A stretch of DNA of 64,000 bases from NCBI GenBank assembly GCA_964016885.1, contig OZ024745.1:110050001-110114000 (forward strand), in the 5' to 3' direction. This document shows positions 28,114-42,590 of the stretch, piece after piece. The notes beneath the pieces are model-generated. The model saw only the letters and a program-made list of their open reading frames with translations. It had not been told where the DNA came from and did not search any database. How positions within the stretch are numbered: position 1 is the first letter of the stretch; every line of letters starts with the position of its first letter. A program made the translations under genes and the position numbers. The DNA comes from Eledone cirrhosa (lineage: Eukaryota).

Positions 28114-30039
28114 TTTTCTCCCCTACATTTCAGATAATTTGATTTCCAACCACTATTTGGTGTCTTATTCTTAGATACATGCACAGTTCAAGGATGAATT
28201 CCAACTAAGTTCCAAATTCAAATATTGTGGACCCTTAAATTTGTGTAAGCCTGACATCTTAAGTAATTAATCTTCTATCAATTTGGGTTCTAACTTTCTT
28301 TCTCTCCTTTATTTCCTTTCAAATAAGTGGATAATAGGTAATAGATATCAAGATTTATTTGCATCAATTACAGTTGGAATAGGATGTAAAGTAGTTTAGC
28401 TATTATCAGAAATATTTACTTTTCTATATTCATTTTCCAGTAGCAGTGGGCATATTTATTAATGTAATTATTTTTTATTTCCAAGAATTATCTTGGTATT
28501 TGATGGCAACATTGTCATCATTTTTATATGTATTTATATGACTCAACACCCCATCATACCATCTATGTTGCAGCTCCTTGACATTGTCTTCATGAGGTTC
28601 AGCATTACTTCTTTCCTTCTGCAAGTTGCCTTACTTGGATTGTTTAGAATTTCTTTATTCAATTGTCATCCTCCATGCACATTAAATGCCTGTATTGTTT
28701 AATATTCTCTGTTTTGCATACTTATATCTGATTCTACTTATACCTTTTTTTTCCAGTTAATAAAGAAAGTAAAAATACACATAATATCAGCAGTGATATC
28801 TAAACAATTCTTCTCTCTTCACATGTCAACATAATGCTTCAGAAAATTAAGGATTTTGTAGCCATTCTTGAATTTTGAAGCTATCTATTAAAAGAAATGA
28901 TGTCAAAGTTTTTAAAAAGATTCTTTTCAATATCATATGGTACTATTGAACTTAATGATCACACAATTCACTGAATATATTTTGATAGTACTAAATTGAA
29001 CTGCTACAAAATCCTTTCATAAAAATTATTCGTTCATACCTTATGGTACAACGAACTATATCTCATTTCCATTAGAATTTAGAGGATAATTCTTATTGCA
29101 GAAAATTACAAAGCATTATTTAGCTGATATTTTCAATATCATTCCTGTCAATAATTTTAACACTTCCTTTCACAAACATTAACCTTAACAATTTGGGTTA
29201 ACTGAAGTTAAAATAAAGACATTATATTGTGTAACTGTGTAACATTAAAGTCACTGATTTTCCTGGAAGACAACAACTTATCAACATCTATTGTACTTGG
29301 AAACAATGAAGATTGCAGTTTATAACATTAAACTGTGTTTACAAAGCAAGCATAAGGATTGATGTTCTTCGAATTGAAGGCGTTAAGTAATTCTAGCTAT
29401 TTTAAGAATTGAATTTCTATCCATCACTGAAACCCTCAATAATTATCTGTTTATTAAAAGAAAATTGGATGAAATAATTGCAAACGAAATTGCAATTAAA
29501 CACTAGTGGTTACTTTAGAATAGTTTCTGAGATATAAGATGAAGATAATATAAATATGTGATAAGAACTGATGGTAGAAGTGAGTGGAAAAAGTTGTGAT
29601 CTTGTAGCTGATAGTGTTCTAGGTCGTGGTAAACCAGTAGGATAGGAAATCAGATTTCTTGGAATAATTAAAAATGTAACAAAAGCCATATCAAATTATA
29701 GAGAGATAATTCAATCAATAGATTCATGTAAATCATGCTAGCATGAGAGTCACAAATAAAAATTAATATATTTCAGTTCCAAATATAGCTGTGGTTGTTC
29801 AATAGGTAGATTGCATACATAAACAGAAATGAACATATGTAGCTAGTTGTTTACCTTAATAGGACTTGGGAGTCAAACAGTTGAAAATATAATTGAATAG
29901 AAACGAAATACTCAGAGAATTGGTAATAAAAGAGAAGCAATATCTTTGTTTAAATACTTAAAAACATCAACTAAGATAGTTACTTTCACTTCATACAGTT
30001 ACAGAGAAATGTTGAAAGAATATCTATGTGATTAATTAA

Positions 30040-30330
30040 TTTGTTTTGCAACTACATGGTCTTGGGTTGGCCCCTCTGTAAGGCACCTTTGTCAAATGTT
30101 TTCTACTGTAGCCTCAGGTTGACGTTGTCTTGGGAGAGGAATTTGATAGACAAAAACTGTGAAAGCCCATTGTGTGTGTATGTAGGTGCCTATGTTTTCT
30201 GTTCAATAAATACAATTGATAAATGAAGAACCAGACTTGAAAAAATAAGTACTGAAGTCTATGATAAACTAAGTCCATTCAGGGCAGTGGCCCCAATAGG
30301 GCAATTATCTAGTGGCTAAAGTCAGTAAAA
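30040..30330 (+). mobile_element. old CORE-type SINE (resembles Octopus OR-type SINEs) with family D tail
   Basis: GGCACCTTTGTCAAATGTTTTCTACTGTAGCCTCAGG...GATAGACAAAAACTGTGAAAGCCC; related at 38040-38170 (inverted) and 42600-42730; family name from recall. Confidence 0.5.
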
Positions 30331-30466
30331 TTAAAAAAAACAACTTATTAATATGTAAAATAGTTTTATCAATAGAAGAAACAAAATTTGTTTTCACTCT
30401 TAACATGGTGGATACCTAAATGTATTTGTGAGTAAATAATGATAATATCATAACATTATTAACGTT

Positions 30467-30760
30467 GAGGTTAGCTTTGCCTTTCATCCTTACGAGGTCG
30501 ATAAAATAAAGTACCAGTAATGTACTGGGTTATTGTGGCCTTGTGCCAAAAGTAGAAACAATTATTACGCTATAGATTAGCAACATTGGTAGAGCATCAT
30601 ACACCATACTTTGCAGGATAGAGTTATGACCCTTTACGTTCTGAGGTCAAATCCCACCGAGGTTAGCTTTGCCTTTCATCCTTATGGGGTCGATAAAATA
30701 AAGTACCAGTAATGTACTGATTAATTGCTGGCCTTGTGCCTAAAGTAGAAACAATTATTA
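30467..30760 (+). mobile_element. two tandem family A SINEs (truncated plus near full-length)
   Basis: core and tail duplicated: 30467-30567 and 30574-30760. Confidence 0.85.
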
Positions 30761-31449
30761 TAATATTGTTATTATTCTCTCGTGAATAGTTTTATCAAAA
30801 CTAAGTGAAAAATTCTCAAGTGTTACATTTCAAAAGATGATCAAAGTTTCTGCTTCCACAATTTTTTATCAGTTGCCCCATCATGTCAACAACTTACTGG
30901 CTGGAAGCATTAAAATAGAAGAAGAGATATTCTATTTACACAACTACCAAAGTATTCAATGAATAAAGACTGAAAGTATTCAGCTAACATTGATTTCAAA
31001 AATACTACACAACTGCAAAGCTCTAACTGTTATTTTATATTACACAGCAGTAACAGAACATTCCATCATGTTTATAAGCCATTCATAAAATTCCTGACAG
31101 TGATTGGTTTAATCTTTTCAGTGTTTGTAGACTCAGTTCAGTTGTTAGAGCAGCACAGGGTAACAATACCAATAACCAATAATAGTCTTTTACAGCAATA
31201 GATGAACACAGAGGATTCATTTCTTTAACACATTAGATTCTGTGACAAAATGAACACACAGATAAAATGGTTTCTTTTAACATTGACCTCTTGTAAACAG
31301 GAGCTTGAATACATGTTGTTAGTTGCAAGTATAAGCCATGATGGAATAAGCGAAAGCAATAAAAGAAAATTACAATATATATATACTCTAGTAAAAGTTT
31401 GGTAGAAATATCCAAGGGTAAGAACACTCAGTCCATAGAACGAGTTAAG

Positions 31450-31568
31450 TATAATTAGTTAAAACAATGACATATACAAGTACTTAAGTTTCGTTAGGTT
31501 AATGAGTTGGGGTGCATAACCTAACGAAATTTAAGTACCTGTGTATGTCACTGCTGAAACTAATTATA
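31450..31568. repeat. 52-bp fold-back inverted repeat containing a truncated hammerhead motif
   Basis: arms 31450-31501 and 31517-31568, 15-nt spacer; ATGA-GTTGGG...CCTAAC-GAAA-(C/T)TTAAG-TA. Confidence 0.75.
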
Positions 31569-31982
31569 TACATATATATATATTTATATATATATTTATA
31601 TATATATTTATATATATATTTATATATATATTTATATATATATTTATATATATATGTACATTAAGCAAGATTATATCAGCATGCTGTCTTATTTTGTAAA
31701 CTCAAAAGAAAAACAAAGTATTATAAAGAACAATATAAACAATAAATAGAAATGAAAAAATTATGTTTTTATAAACTCAATTCAATTCCTTCATGTAATA
31801 CATGATTAAGATCAGATAAAAAGATAAGGAAAGTTGTAGCCGTTATTTCTATTCAGATACAAATCATACTACTGCATTAATCTTGTCCAATAATGTATCA
31901 ATTTACTACAATAAAGAAAATTGGTGTCACTGCTATTTGAATGTAAAGTATATGGATGGCAATAAAGAGATGCATTATATTA

Positions 31983-32425
31983 CATCACCTTCATCGTTTA
32001 ATGTCCATTTTCCACTCTAGCATGGGTAGGATGGGGCTGTCTCTTTGTGAGAGATCAGGTTAGAGGACCTTGTTTCGCTCACACAGAACTGATTTGGGCT
32101 TGGTTTCTATGGCTGGGTGCTCTTCCTAATGCCAACCATATTTACAGTGTGTGCTGGGTGCTTTTTGTTGTGACACATATATGACCACTTTACAGTGTGG
32201 GCTGGGCTCTTTTTGTTGTGTTGCCAACACAACCACTTTACAGTGTGGACTGAGCACTTTTCTCGTGACACCTACATGACCACTTTACAGTGTGGACTGG
32301 GTGCTGTTTGTCATGACACCTACAGAACCACTTTACAGTGTGGACTGGGCACTTTTGTTGTGACACCTACATGACCACTTTACAGTGTAGGCTGGGCACT
32401 TTTGTTGTGGCTCCAGGAGGACCGC
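31983..32425 (-). mobile_element. family B element with about 7 internal 39-40-bp units
   Basis: inverted relative of 26335-26720. Confidence 0.8.
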
Positions 32426-35183
32426 TTAATGGAATGGGTTTGGAACTTGGATGGGATGGGGAAGATGCTTAAAGAAATTGGGATGTAGGTATAGGGGTAA
32501 GATGATTAAAAATATCGAAAACTTTGTATGTTATTTTTAATCATGTTTTAATGAGTAAGAATTGAATAAGTTTTTGAAATTGCTTGTCATCCTTAATTGA
32601 GAATGGTAGTTATTTTAATAGATGATTTCTCTATTTCTTAACATTGTAGCATGGAAGATGTACGTTAAACGATGGTGATGATGATGATGATGCAGTGTTT
32701 GTTAAAGAAAATATTTGAAACAAAAATTTAAGTATATGACTTTTAAATAAAAATGAAAAAATATTTTTATTTTCACATCGTTGGTATTCTAATATACTCT
32801 AATGAAACAAACGGTATTTTAAATCCTTTACTACTTACAAGGATACTTATAAATTGCACAAAATCAATTAATATAAACATAGCAGTGTGCAATATTACTC
32901 CATACCATAACATTCTAACAACCTTGAACCTTGGTAAAAAAAAGATAATCAAAGAGCATCTTTTTCTTCTTTTTTTATAAGATAATTGCAAAGCATTTTA
33001 TACCAACTTAATAACAATGAGTTGCTAAAGAATGAAGTCAAAACCTCAGTCAAAATGCATTCCAAATAGAACAACAATTCTTACCATTTATTATATGAGT
33101 TCTATCAATGAATTAAATAGCCATTGCTTTTGTTTCATTGTTTTTATTTTTTATTCTTATAGAAAGGAATATGAAGATATGTTGAATATATAAAGTAAGA
33201 AAAGATGATTAAACATATCATGATTTTGAAAGTATAATAGGGTTAACATGTTTTTTTGTTAAGAAGAAATGCTTTCCTCAGGGTTAATGGGTAGCAATAG
33301 TGAAACATAATTATACTAGTGTTAATAAGCCATGAAACATCTCTGGTAAAAAGCAATGTAAGACAAAGAGTTTAAAGTAGTTGAATTATGGTTCATCAGA
33401 ACAAAGAAAAAACATGCAGAAAGTAGTTTTTGTTGATACAAAGGTTAAGATATTGTACGGGCACCATTGAGAAAGGTTGGATAAAAATGCTTCTTAAAAT
33501 CTAAAAGGCAGTTTACAATAAATACCATGTGCTGATAAAAGCATGTCATTTTTTGGAACAAACTGTAATATTTCAAATTCCTCCAATAAATAGGATTTTA
33601 AGTAAGTGTGTAGAGTAATTTTTCTATGGATATCAGTAGTCACATTTTCTTCTCCTTTTTTCACTATTTTTCTATAGCTCATTCAATTTGTTTTTGTCTC
33701 TCTATACTGATATCTGTCCACATATATGATTATTGATTTATTTAACATAAAAATCAGGCCCCTCTATTTAATAATTTGTTATCTCTTAACTCTTCCCACT
33801 ATATGGCTTTTATGTAAATATCTTCAATGTTTAAATTCCAACAATTCCTTAACAGTCTCTTATCACTACTTTTAAACATTGTCTATTAAGGAGACAATTT
33901 ACTCCTTTTGCTGCAGTTGCAGTGGTGGTTTTAATGAACATTTCAAATTATAAGTACATTATCAACTAAATAAGTTTTACTAATAAAAATCGAAAAAATC
34001 GTAAATGAATCTATTTCAAATAACAACAACACTACAGATATCTAACAGTAGAAAATGAAGGGGAGAGCAAGGGCTCTGGAACGCAAATATCCCTCTTTTA
34101 GGAGTGAAAATAACCTACTTGGGGAAGTGAACATAAGCACAATGGTAAGACAATTTCTTTAGATTTCATAGACTTGTTAGTGCTTGGTGATAGGAAGGAC
34201 AACTAGATGTAAAAGAATGCAACACAATGTTATGCAATACAGAAAAGTCTATAGTATTAAAAACTGCAGTGATAACAGATGCATTGATAACTTCCAATGG
34301 TAACTGCTATGAGCAAACTCCAGTTTATTTCATCACCTCTAATATCCTTCCTTTCAGTAGATTTAGTACAAGTAGAGGTATACATTTTGTAAATAAACAG
34401 AATACTTGAGATAGTAAAAATGTGTGATTCAGTTAATGCTTATTTGAGCAAGAGGATGAGTAATTGCGGAATAGAATTTTAAAAAGAAAAAAGAGTAAAT
34501 AAGTGGAGACTAAAAGGAATGAAAAGCAAGGACAGAAATGAAAATAATAAAAAAGTAAGTAGAATGTTAAACATTATGTAAGAGAGGATCAGAGATTAAG
34601 GCTAAACTATTATTCTAAACCAAGAGAAAAAATATCATAAGAGGATCCTCATAGTAATAAATCAAGATGTCGTTAGAAGTAATAATGTTGAAAGTGACAG
34701 GGGCATAATCATCTTCATTGACAATGAAAAGAAGAGCACAGATATATGATTATGAAAATTAAATAGATAACAAGTGTAAATGTAATACAAAATGTCTTAA
34801 TGCACCTTAAAGAGAAGCGAGTAGTAAAGTGTACATGAGTTTCAGGCCAAATCTTTGGCTCGAGGAAAACTTCCTCCTACCAATTTCAGAAACTCTGAAA
34901 AATGTCATGGCCTTTGCCTCTCCTCTCCTAAATAAGCCATAGAAAATTATGAATAAATAAGTATTGGAGATGGTGCACCAGCATGGTCTTCACCATGATA
35001 GATAAAACAAACTAAATAACTAAAAAAAAACAAAGTTACAAGTCCCACAGGAGATGTTACAGAGAAGCCTCAAGATAGATTTGTGTTAAGATTTAGTTAA
35101 TCGTCTTAGTTAAGTTTTATAACAGCAATGTGCTTTCAATGCTCCTGCATGGGTGCAAAATGTGGAGTGAGAAGACTAACCAA

Positions 35184-35569
35184 ATGCAAGGAATAACTGT
35201 TAAAACAGCCGAATGTGGTCAATGACAGCATCATGTGAAATTGTGAGGTGGGTGACAAGTAGATGAAATGTAGATATGATTGTGAGAGGAGTGTGTTAGC
35301 AGTAGGAGTGATAAGTAAAGAAGAAAGAAAGACAAATGGAGATTAGGGTTCAATAAGAGTTGAGATTAGATATATAAATGATACTAAAACCACAGATGAA
35401 TTTGACTTCATCAGGTTCCAATCTGTCTTGCGGTTTCATCTACCTGTCACCCACCTGACAACTTTACTTTTAGCTGGTCACTGATTTCTGTCCTTAGGGG
35501 TATTTTACCCGATTTATATGCTGTTGTCATTAATGGTATTTGGCTGTTTTGGCAGCTGTTCCTTGCATT
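35184..35569. repeat. imperfect long inverted repeat
   Basis: 35184-35268 matches the reverse complement of 35434-35569, with an insertion in the right arm; CTGATGAAGTCAA on the minus strand at 35402-35414. Confidence 0.65.
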
Positions 35570-35659
35570 CGAGTTTTCATTATTCTTATGAATTTCAAAT
35601 ACACTCATGTTTCATTTTTCCAGGCAACAATACGCATTTATATGTATATATATATCTTG

Positions 35660-35925
35660 CTGTAAAGTGACTGGTGATAGGAAGGGCATCCAGCCATATA
35701 AAGCTTTCCAAACAAAGGGTTGGAAGAACCCTCAGTTGTGTCAAAGATATGACAACCTTTCCTGTGTACTCAGTAGAATGTAAGACAGTATATAAGCGTG
35801 ACACAGATCTCTGGCCTGTCTAGGAGTTCAGTAGCCCTACTTCAGTACTGACTTGGTCTACGTAGACCCATCCAACCCTTGCTAGCAGGAAAAGCGGATG
35901 TTTAAAAGATGAAGATGATGATGAT
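35660..35925 (+). mobile_element. family B relic
   Basis: TGTAAAGTGACTGGTGATAGGAAGGGCATCCAGCC...CCATCCAACCCTTGCTAGCAGGAAAAGCGGATG and (GAT)n. Confidence 0.65.
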
Positions 35926-35952
35926 ATGTATATATATATATGTATATACATG

Positions 35953-35994
<42 letters not shown>

Positions 35995-36364
35995 CTGATA
36001 CACATACATGACAGGTTTTAGCACTCACAAAGTATTGTATATCAAATATTTCTCATCAGGGATTTTGATGCGAAAAGACAAATTATCATCTTGAAATATA
36101 ATATAAAATGCTATGAAGCGGAAAATATTTTCGCCATACCATAAAAATTCCGGTAGTAGTTTACTTAAAAAGGCAATATTATCTGTATATATAATTTTCA
36201 GCTTGCTTTTATTATTTTCATTATCATTGATATGGCTTTCCTATGTATTTTTGTCTACCTCATTCTCTGTCTTGTCTCTATCTCACTTCTATCTTTTATT
36301 TTTTGTTACTAGCAACTTTCTACAATGACTTACAAACTGTCATTGAGACGGAATCCTACTGTTA

Positions 36365-36445
36365 AAATTGGGAAAGCAGCCACCACTCTCTTGAAAGTCT
36401 TATTAAGCTGACCTGGAATAATTCCAAACTGACTATCAAGACAAC
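36365..36445 (+). mobile_element. short RTE (BovB-like) RT relic
   Basis: IGKAATT.../...LTWNNSKLTIKT, resembling RIGKAA...RVW.N.KL...TK. Confidence 0.5.
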
Positions 36446-36849
36446 ACTTTTGTTCTCTAAAGTCTTCATCCTCAAACATCCTGTGGAATGAAAGTGAGAT
36501 ATGGACCTAAAAAAAAAAAAAGAAGTAAAAAAACAAACAACAACAACACAAAACAAACAAATAGAGAAAAAAAGATAAATGGCATAATAAATAAATAAAT
36601 AAAAGTTTCCATTTCAGTTGTTTGAACAATATCTGAAGACTCACAGGAAAGCTAACATTACTGACACCCAATGTTGTTACTGGATGTAGCATACCAGGCA
36701 TAACTACGTAAAATCAGTTCATCTGATGCAAAGTCATTGAAATAGCACTAACAGGCACCGCTTACATTCATTACAGCTTGAGTTCAATTCCAGTATCTTA
36801 AAACAGAATATGTTTGCATCATATGTAGAGACAGTCATCATTTGGAGGT

Positions 36850-37030
36850 GGTCAGTTTAGGGTTCCGTGGAACCCAAGGATTCTGCAAAGGAGTGTCTGG
36901 GATTTTGTGAAAAAAGAGGTAGAGGAGTATATTTATATTATGACCATATAACAGTATTAGACATTGGGGTGCCCCCAAAAGTTTCTGAACCAAAGAGGGT
37001 TCCCCATTTGAAAATGTTAAGGAAACCCTG
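36850..37030. mobile_element. probable hAT/Charlie-type MITE, left end degenerate
   Basis: internal GGGTTCCGTGGAACCC hairpin, repeated GGGTTCC, right end AAAATGTTAAGGAAACCCTG. Confidence 0.4.
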
Positions 37031-37482
37031 GCCTAGTGTATACAATAGAAGCATTTTGAAATGATACAGGTGGATGTATTATGAAACTATGAGGTGTGAG
37101 AGAGGGAAAGGTCTACAGAGTTGTCATTCTAAGAATGAGAGGATGTTTTCTATTAAGATGTTAATGATGATTATCACTTGAATAGTAGACCTAATACGTG
37201 AACTGGTTTAACACTACTGCCATGGTGATTGAATGTCTATAATGGAGTCCACTCTATTGCAAGGATTCAAAGCAAGGTCTCTGGACTGTGGACACCTTTC
37301 CACTAGTCTCAGAAACTTTAAAAAAGGCCTTGGACACTGCCTTTCTTTGACTAAAACAGCAAAAACAAACCCCACAAATGCTAGATTAAAATGCATGGAC
37401 AGTAATATCATTACTGACTATTAAAAGAATGTCTTTTGGCAGATCTTACAAACATAGCTACATATGTGTGAATCAGAATCAT

Positions 37483-37630
37483 CAGTGCCGGATTTAGGAC
37501 AAATGAGGCCCTGTGCTATTTAAGTTATGAGACCCCTTACTTGGGCCCTGAAGTAGGTAAAAAATGTTCTTGGCATGAAGATGGGCCTTGTGCTTAAGCA
37601 CACCTAAGAACAATGGTAAATCTGGCACTG
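37483..37630. mobile_element. hAT (Tip100-like) MITE
   Basis: TIR CAGTGCCGGATTTA / TAAATCTGGCACTG (13/14); 8-bp flanks AGAATCAT / AGTAACAT (6/8). Confidence 0.75.
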
Positions 37631-37849
37631 AGTAACATCATCACCATTTAGTCTATTGTTCATGCTTGCATGGGTTACATAGGTTGTCATGTTCTGTAGC
37701 TAAACAGGTCAAATGTTTGTGTTTCATTCATAAGTTCCATGAAAGTGGGATAAGCACCTGGCTTATGACAGACATTAGACTTTAAACCAGCATGTAGTGG
37801 CTGCAGTAACCTAAATACATATCTAGCCATAAAGAGAAAGTGGAATGGA

Positions 37850-38170
37850 CTTCCATCGGTTTCAATGATGAGTGTTCCAGTTGTTTAAAGAACTGAACAG
37901 CCTGCTCATGAAATTTACGTGTGAGTGGCTGAGCATTATAAGGAAACATGTACTCTTAACATAATTCCGAGAGAGATTCAGTGCAACACACTGTGTGATA
38001 AGGCTGGCCCCTTGACTTAATGGTACAGTCCATCTGACAGGATTCCAAACAGTTTCTGTTTAGTCAGTTTTACACATAAATCATGGGTCAGCTAAAGTAA
38101 ATGACACATGCCCAAATGCCATGCAGTGGGGTTGAACCTGAGACTTAATGATAGCACACTTCTTAACCAT
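37850..38170 (-). mobile_element. old SINE relics (two adjacent families)
   Basis: AACAGCCTGCTCATGAAATTTACGTGTGAGTGGCTGAGC segment recalled from octopod SINEs, then an inverted CORE-type segment with GGGGTTGAACCTGAGAC. Confidence 0.4.
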
Positions 38171-39183
38171 TTGGTTAATCTGCATCCACAATAGTGAAAA
38201 TAATACTATCCTAAAGAATTTGATTTGCAAGGACTTAAAGAGATATATAAGCTGAATTGTATGAAGCTGCTATTACATTTTGACTCCCCAAGTATGAATT
38301 TTAAATTGGAATTTGGCAGTAACAATACTCATCTATGAGTGTTACTTCATTCTTCACCTCATGACTAGCATAGAAGTATATTAAGGATATCATATATTTA
38401 TTTCTTTTGCTAACGTTCATAAGTGTATAGAAACGAGATTTTCAAATTCATGCATAATGCTTCATATAATTTGTTGCAAATAGAAGTAAGTTTTCACTGA
38501 CACTCTACTGTTCAGGGCAGAAGGTTAATTGGCATTAGAACATCAAGAACATCAAAGTGAATACTTTGTGGAATTCATTCTAGCTCTTTGTGCTCTGAGT
38601 TCAAATCCTGATGAAGTCAACTTGCCTTTCATCTTTTTGAGGTGGATACAAAAAGTACCAGGCCAATACTAGGGAGAGCATGGGCTCCATTAGGTTTAAA
38701 AAATTCCCAAGACACACCATTTGTTACTATGGCACTCCTATGACTATCAGGAGTTACAAGCTTATTCACACATACTACTGTACAGCATCTCATATATAAA
38801 ACATATTCAACTGCTTAATAGATGAACAAAATGAACAAAATGACCACAATATGACAATTAAAATGCAACAGTAATCTGTTTTAAGAGACATACATCCTTT
38901 CATATAAAATCTTGCCAAACTTCAGCAAGAAAGGTTCATCTAAGAATGATTTCCATATGTCTCATTACATATGGATGGTATATTTCCCAGTTCAACCAGT
39001 TTTGTAAGTGTGATCTAGAGAAAAGATGAGGAAGATGTCTGGCACTAGCTTGAATGCAAATCATCTAGTTATTGGCCTTTGCCCGAAGACATAAAGCAAT
39101 GCCTGTTGCAGAATATAGACTTAGTACTTACTTTTTCATGAGTCAGACATCTGGAACTTTATCTTCTCAACCATTGTATATAC

Positions 39184-39870
<687 letters not shown>

Positions 39871-40384
39871 ACACAAAACCAATGATAATGAAACACAGCC
39901 ACAAATACTCATATAATCAGATACATTGTTTTTAACTATTGCATATTGAAATCTAGATATTCAGTTCTGTGATAAATATATATCTATATTTATCTATATA
40001 TATATATCTCTCTCTCTATATATATATATATACATACTTACATATACATACATAACATATGTATATACATATATATGAATGCATACACATACATGTATAT
40101 AGATAAACATATATACATACATATACATGTATATATATAAATACATAAAGAGAGAGGAAGAGAAAGAGAGAGAGAGAGAGAGAAAAGAAAAGGCCACTGG
40201 AGGGAAATAGTGTGGGAAGCCAAATCAATGTATATACAGACATCCATCCATCATTCCACAAGAATACTGATAATTCCAATGATACTTGTTAAGTTGCATG
40301 AAACAATAAATAAAAAGCCATTTTCTGTACAACCGAACATAAATGAAGTTATGTGTAAAGCGGTTTGTCCCTTATTTTAATGTG

Positions 40385-40693
40385 TCTAACAGTAATGATA
40401 ACACCAACAGCAACAACACACACAACAACAATTACAACAACAACACACAAACAACAACAACATGCATAAAACCAACAACACAACAACAACGCATAACACC
40501 AACAACACACAACAGCACACATAACACCAACACACATACCACCAACACCAACAACAAACAACACCAACAACAAACAACAAACAACACCAACAACAGACAA
40601 CAAACAACACCAACAACAAACAACAAACAACACCAACAACAAACAACACCAACAACAAACAAAACACATAACACCACCACTACCACTACCACC

Positions 40694-40724
<31 letters not shown>

Positions 40725-40985
40725 CATCACTCACAACACCAACAACACACAACAACAATAACATACAACACACAATAACAACAACAACAAACAACACACA
40801 ACACACATAACACTAACAACAAACAACACAACAACAACAACAACAGCACCAACAGCAACACACACAAGACCAACAAACAACACACAACACCACCACCATG
40901 AAACAACACACAACAACAACACAGAACACCAACACAGAACACCAATGCACAACACCCAAAACAACAACAACACATACAACCCGAC
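40385..40985. repeat. degenerate C/A-rich (CAA)n low-complexity tract
   Basis: about 600 bp nearly devoid of G and T, with no stable period. Confidence 0.85.
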
Positions 40986-41309
40986 CATAAAGACAAGTAT
41001 ATGCTTGGCTGTATATGTCAGCACATAAGGTGCAAGAAGCGTTAGCATCCTTTAGTTAAAAACTTGTTTTCGCGGGCTATTTTTGGATGACTTCCATCTG
41101 GCGAAGAAAGCAAATCTTCTTCACGACTCAATGTTTGTCAGGAAGTATATTCGCAGTTACATTTGTATTCCCACTGGTACAATAAATGACACAGTTTCTG
41201 GTCAGGAAACCTTTATTTTCACTTTGGCAGAGAAGAAAACCACTCATAAAAATAATGACAACAACTACAGCTACAACAACTACAATAATGCTAGTAGTGC
41301 TGGTGGTAA

Positions 41310-41318
41310 TTATTATTA

Positions 41319-41350
<32 letters not shown>

Positions 41351-41572
41351 TTTATTGTTATTATAAAACTTGATAATGGTAAATAATAACATTTAAGGAA
41401 GAAAACCATAAGCGGGAGAAGAAGAAGAAGAAGAAGAAGAAGAAGAAGAAGAAGAAGAAGAAGAAGAAGAAGAAGAAGAAGAAGAAAAAGAAGAACCACC
41501 ACCACCACACCACCACCACCACAACAACAACAACAATAACAATAATAATAATAGTGATAATGATGATGATAA
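41310..41572. repeat. compound trinucleotide array (TAT)n, (GAA)n, (CAC)n, (CAA)n, (AAT)n, (GAT)n
   Basis: visible directly. Confidence 0.92.
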
Positions 41573-41869
41573 AATAAGGACAGTTAATAACAAGATTTAG
41601 AAAGAAAAAATAAAAGTAAATATGATGAAAAATAAATCATTCGAGTGGTAAGCAACCTTTTTTATTGATTCCTATGTTTGTATGTGCTGCACATTCAATC
41701 AAATTCCTTTGTGTAAGCAACAATAGTATAAACAAGTGTTTGTACTGTATTGATTGGACTTAAGAAAAGTACAAATTTCAAAACAGATGATACTGTGAGT
41801 GAAACAAGAGAAAATATGGATATTGCCATTTGGACTATGGAACAAGTTCAAATCTGGATATTTAATAAT

Positions 41870-42590
41870 AATGGTTTCTTAATATAGGCACAAGGCCAGC
41901 AATTTTGGGGAGGGAAAGTCGATTAAATCGACCCCAGTGAGTGACTGGTACTTTATTTTATCGACCCCGTAAGGATGGAAGGCAAAGTTGAAGTCAGACC
42001 ATAAAGGGACGTAACTATGCTGGAAAGCATAATAATAATAATAATTGGTTCTACTTTAGGCACGAGGCCAGCAATTACCCAGTGCATTACTGGTACTTTA
42101 TTTTATCGACCCCGTAAGGATGAAAGGCAAAGTTAACCTCGGCGGGATTTATGATTTCTAGTATAGGCACAAGGCCAGTAATTTTGGGGGAGGGGAAAGT
42201 CGATTAAATCGACCCAGTGCATTACTGGTACTTTATTTTATCAACCTCATAAGGATGAAAGACAAAGTTAACCTCGTCAGGATTTGAATTTAGAACATAA
42301 AGGGCGTAACTCTTTGTCATGAAGCAGGGTGCCCAACCCTCTACCAATACTGCCAATCCACCGTTCTAATAATGATAATAATAACGGTTTGTGATTTAGT
42401 CACAAGGCTAGCAATTTGGGGAAGGAGAAAGTCAACTAAATCGACCCCAGTGTATTACTGGTGCTTTATTTTATTGACCCCACAAGGATGAAAGGTAAAG
42501 CTAACCTTGGCAGGATTTGAACTCAGAACATAAAGGGCTATAACTAAATACTACAAATCATTTTGTCCAAGGCTCTATCGATTCTGCCAA
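41870..42590 (-). mobile_element. cluster of four head-to-tail family A SINEs
   Basis: tail starts near 41870, 42040, 42152 and 42380; mix of long and short subfamilies. Confidence 0.88.

Noticed and set aside
40343-41048. Thr/Asn/Gln-rich mucin-like and Cys/Val-rich ORFs
   Set aside because: Low-complexity CAA tract that is open in nearly all frames.
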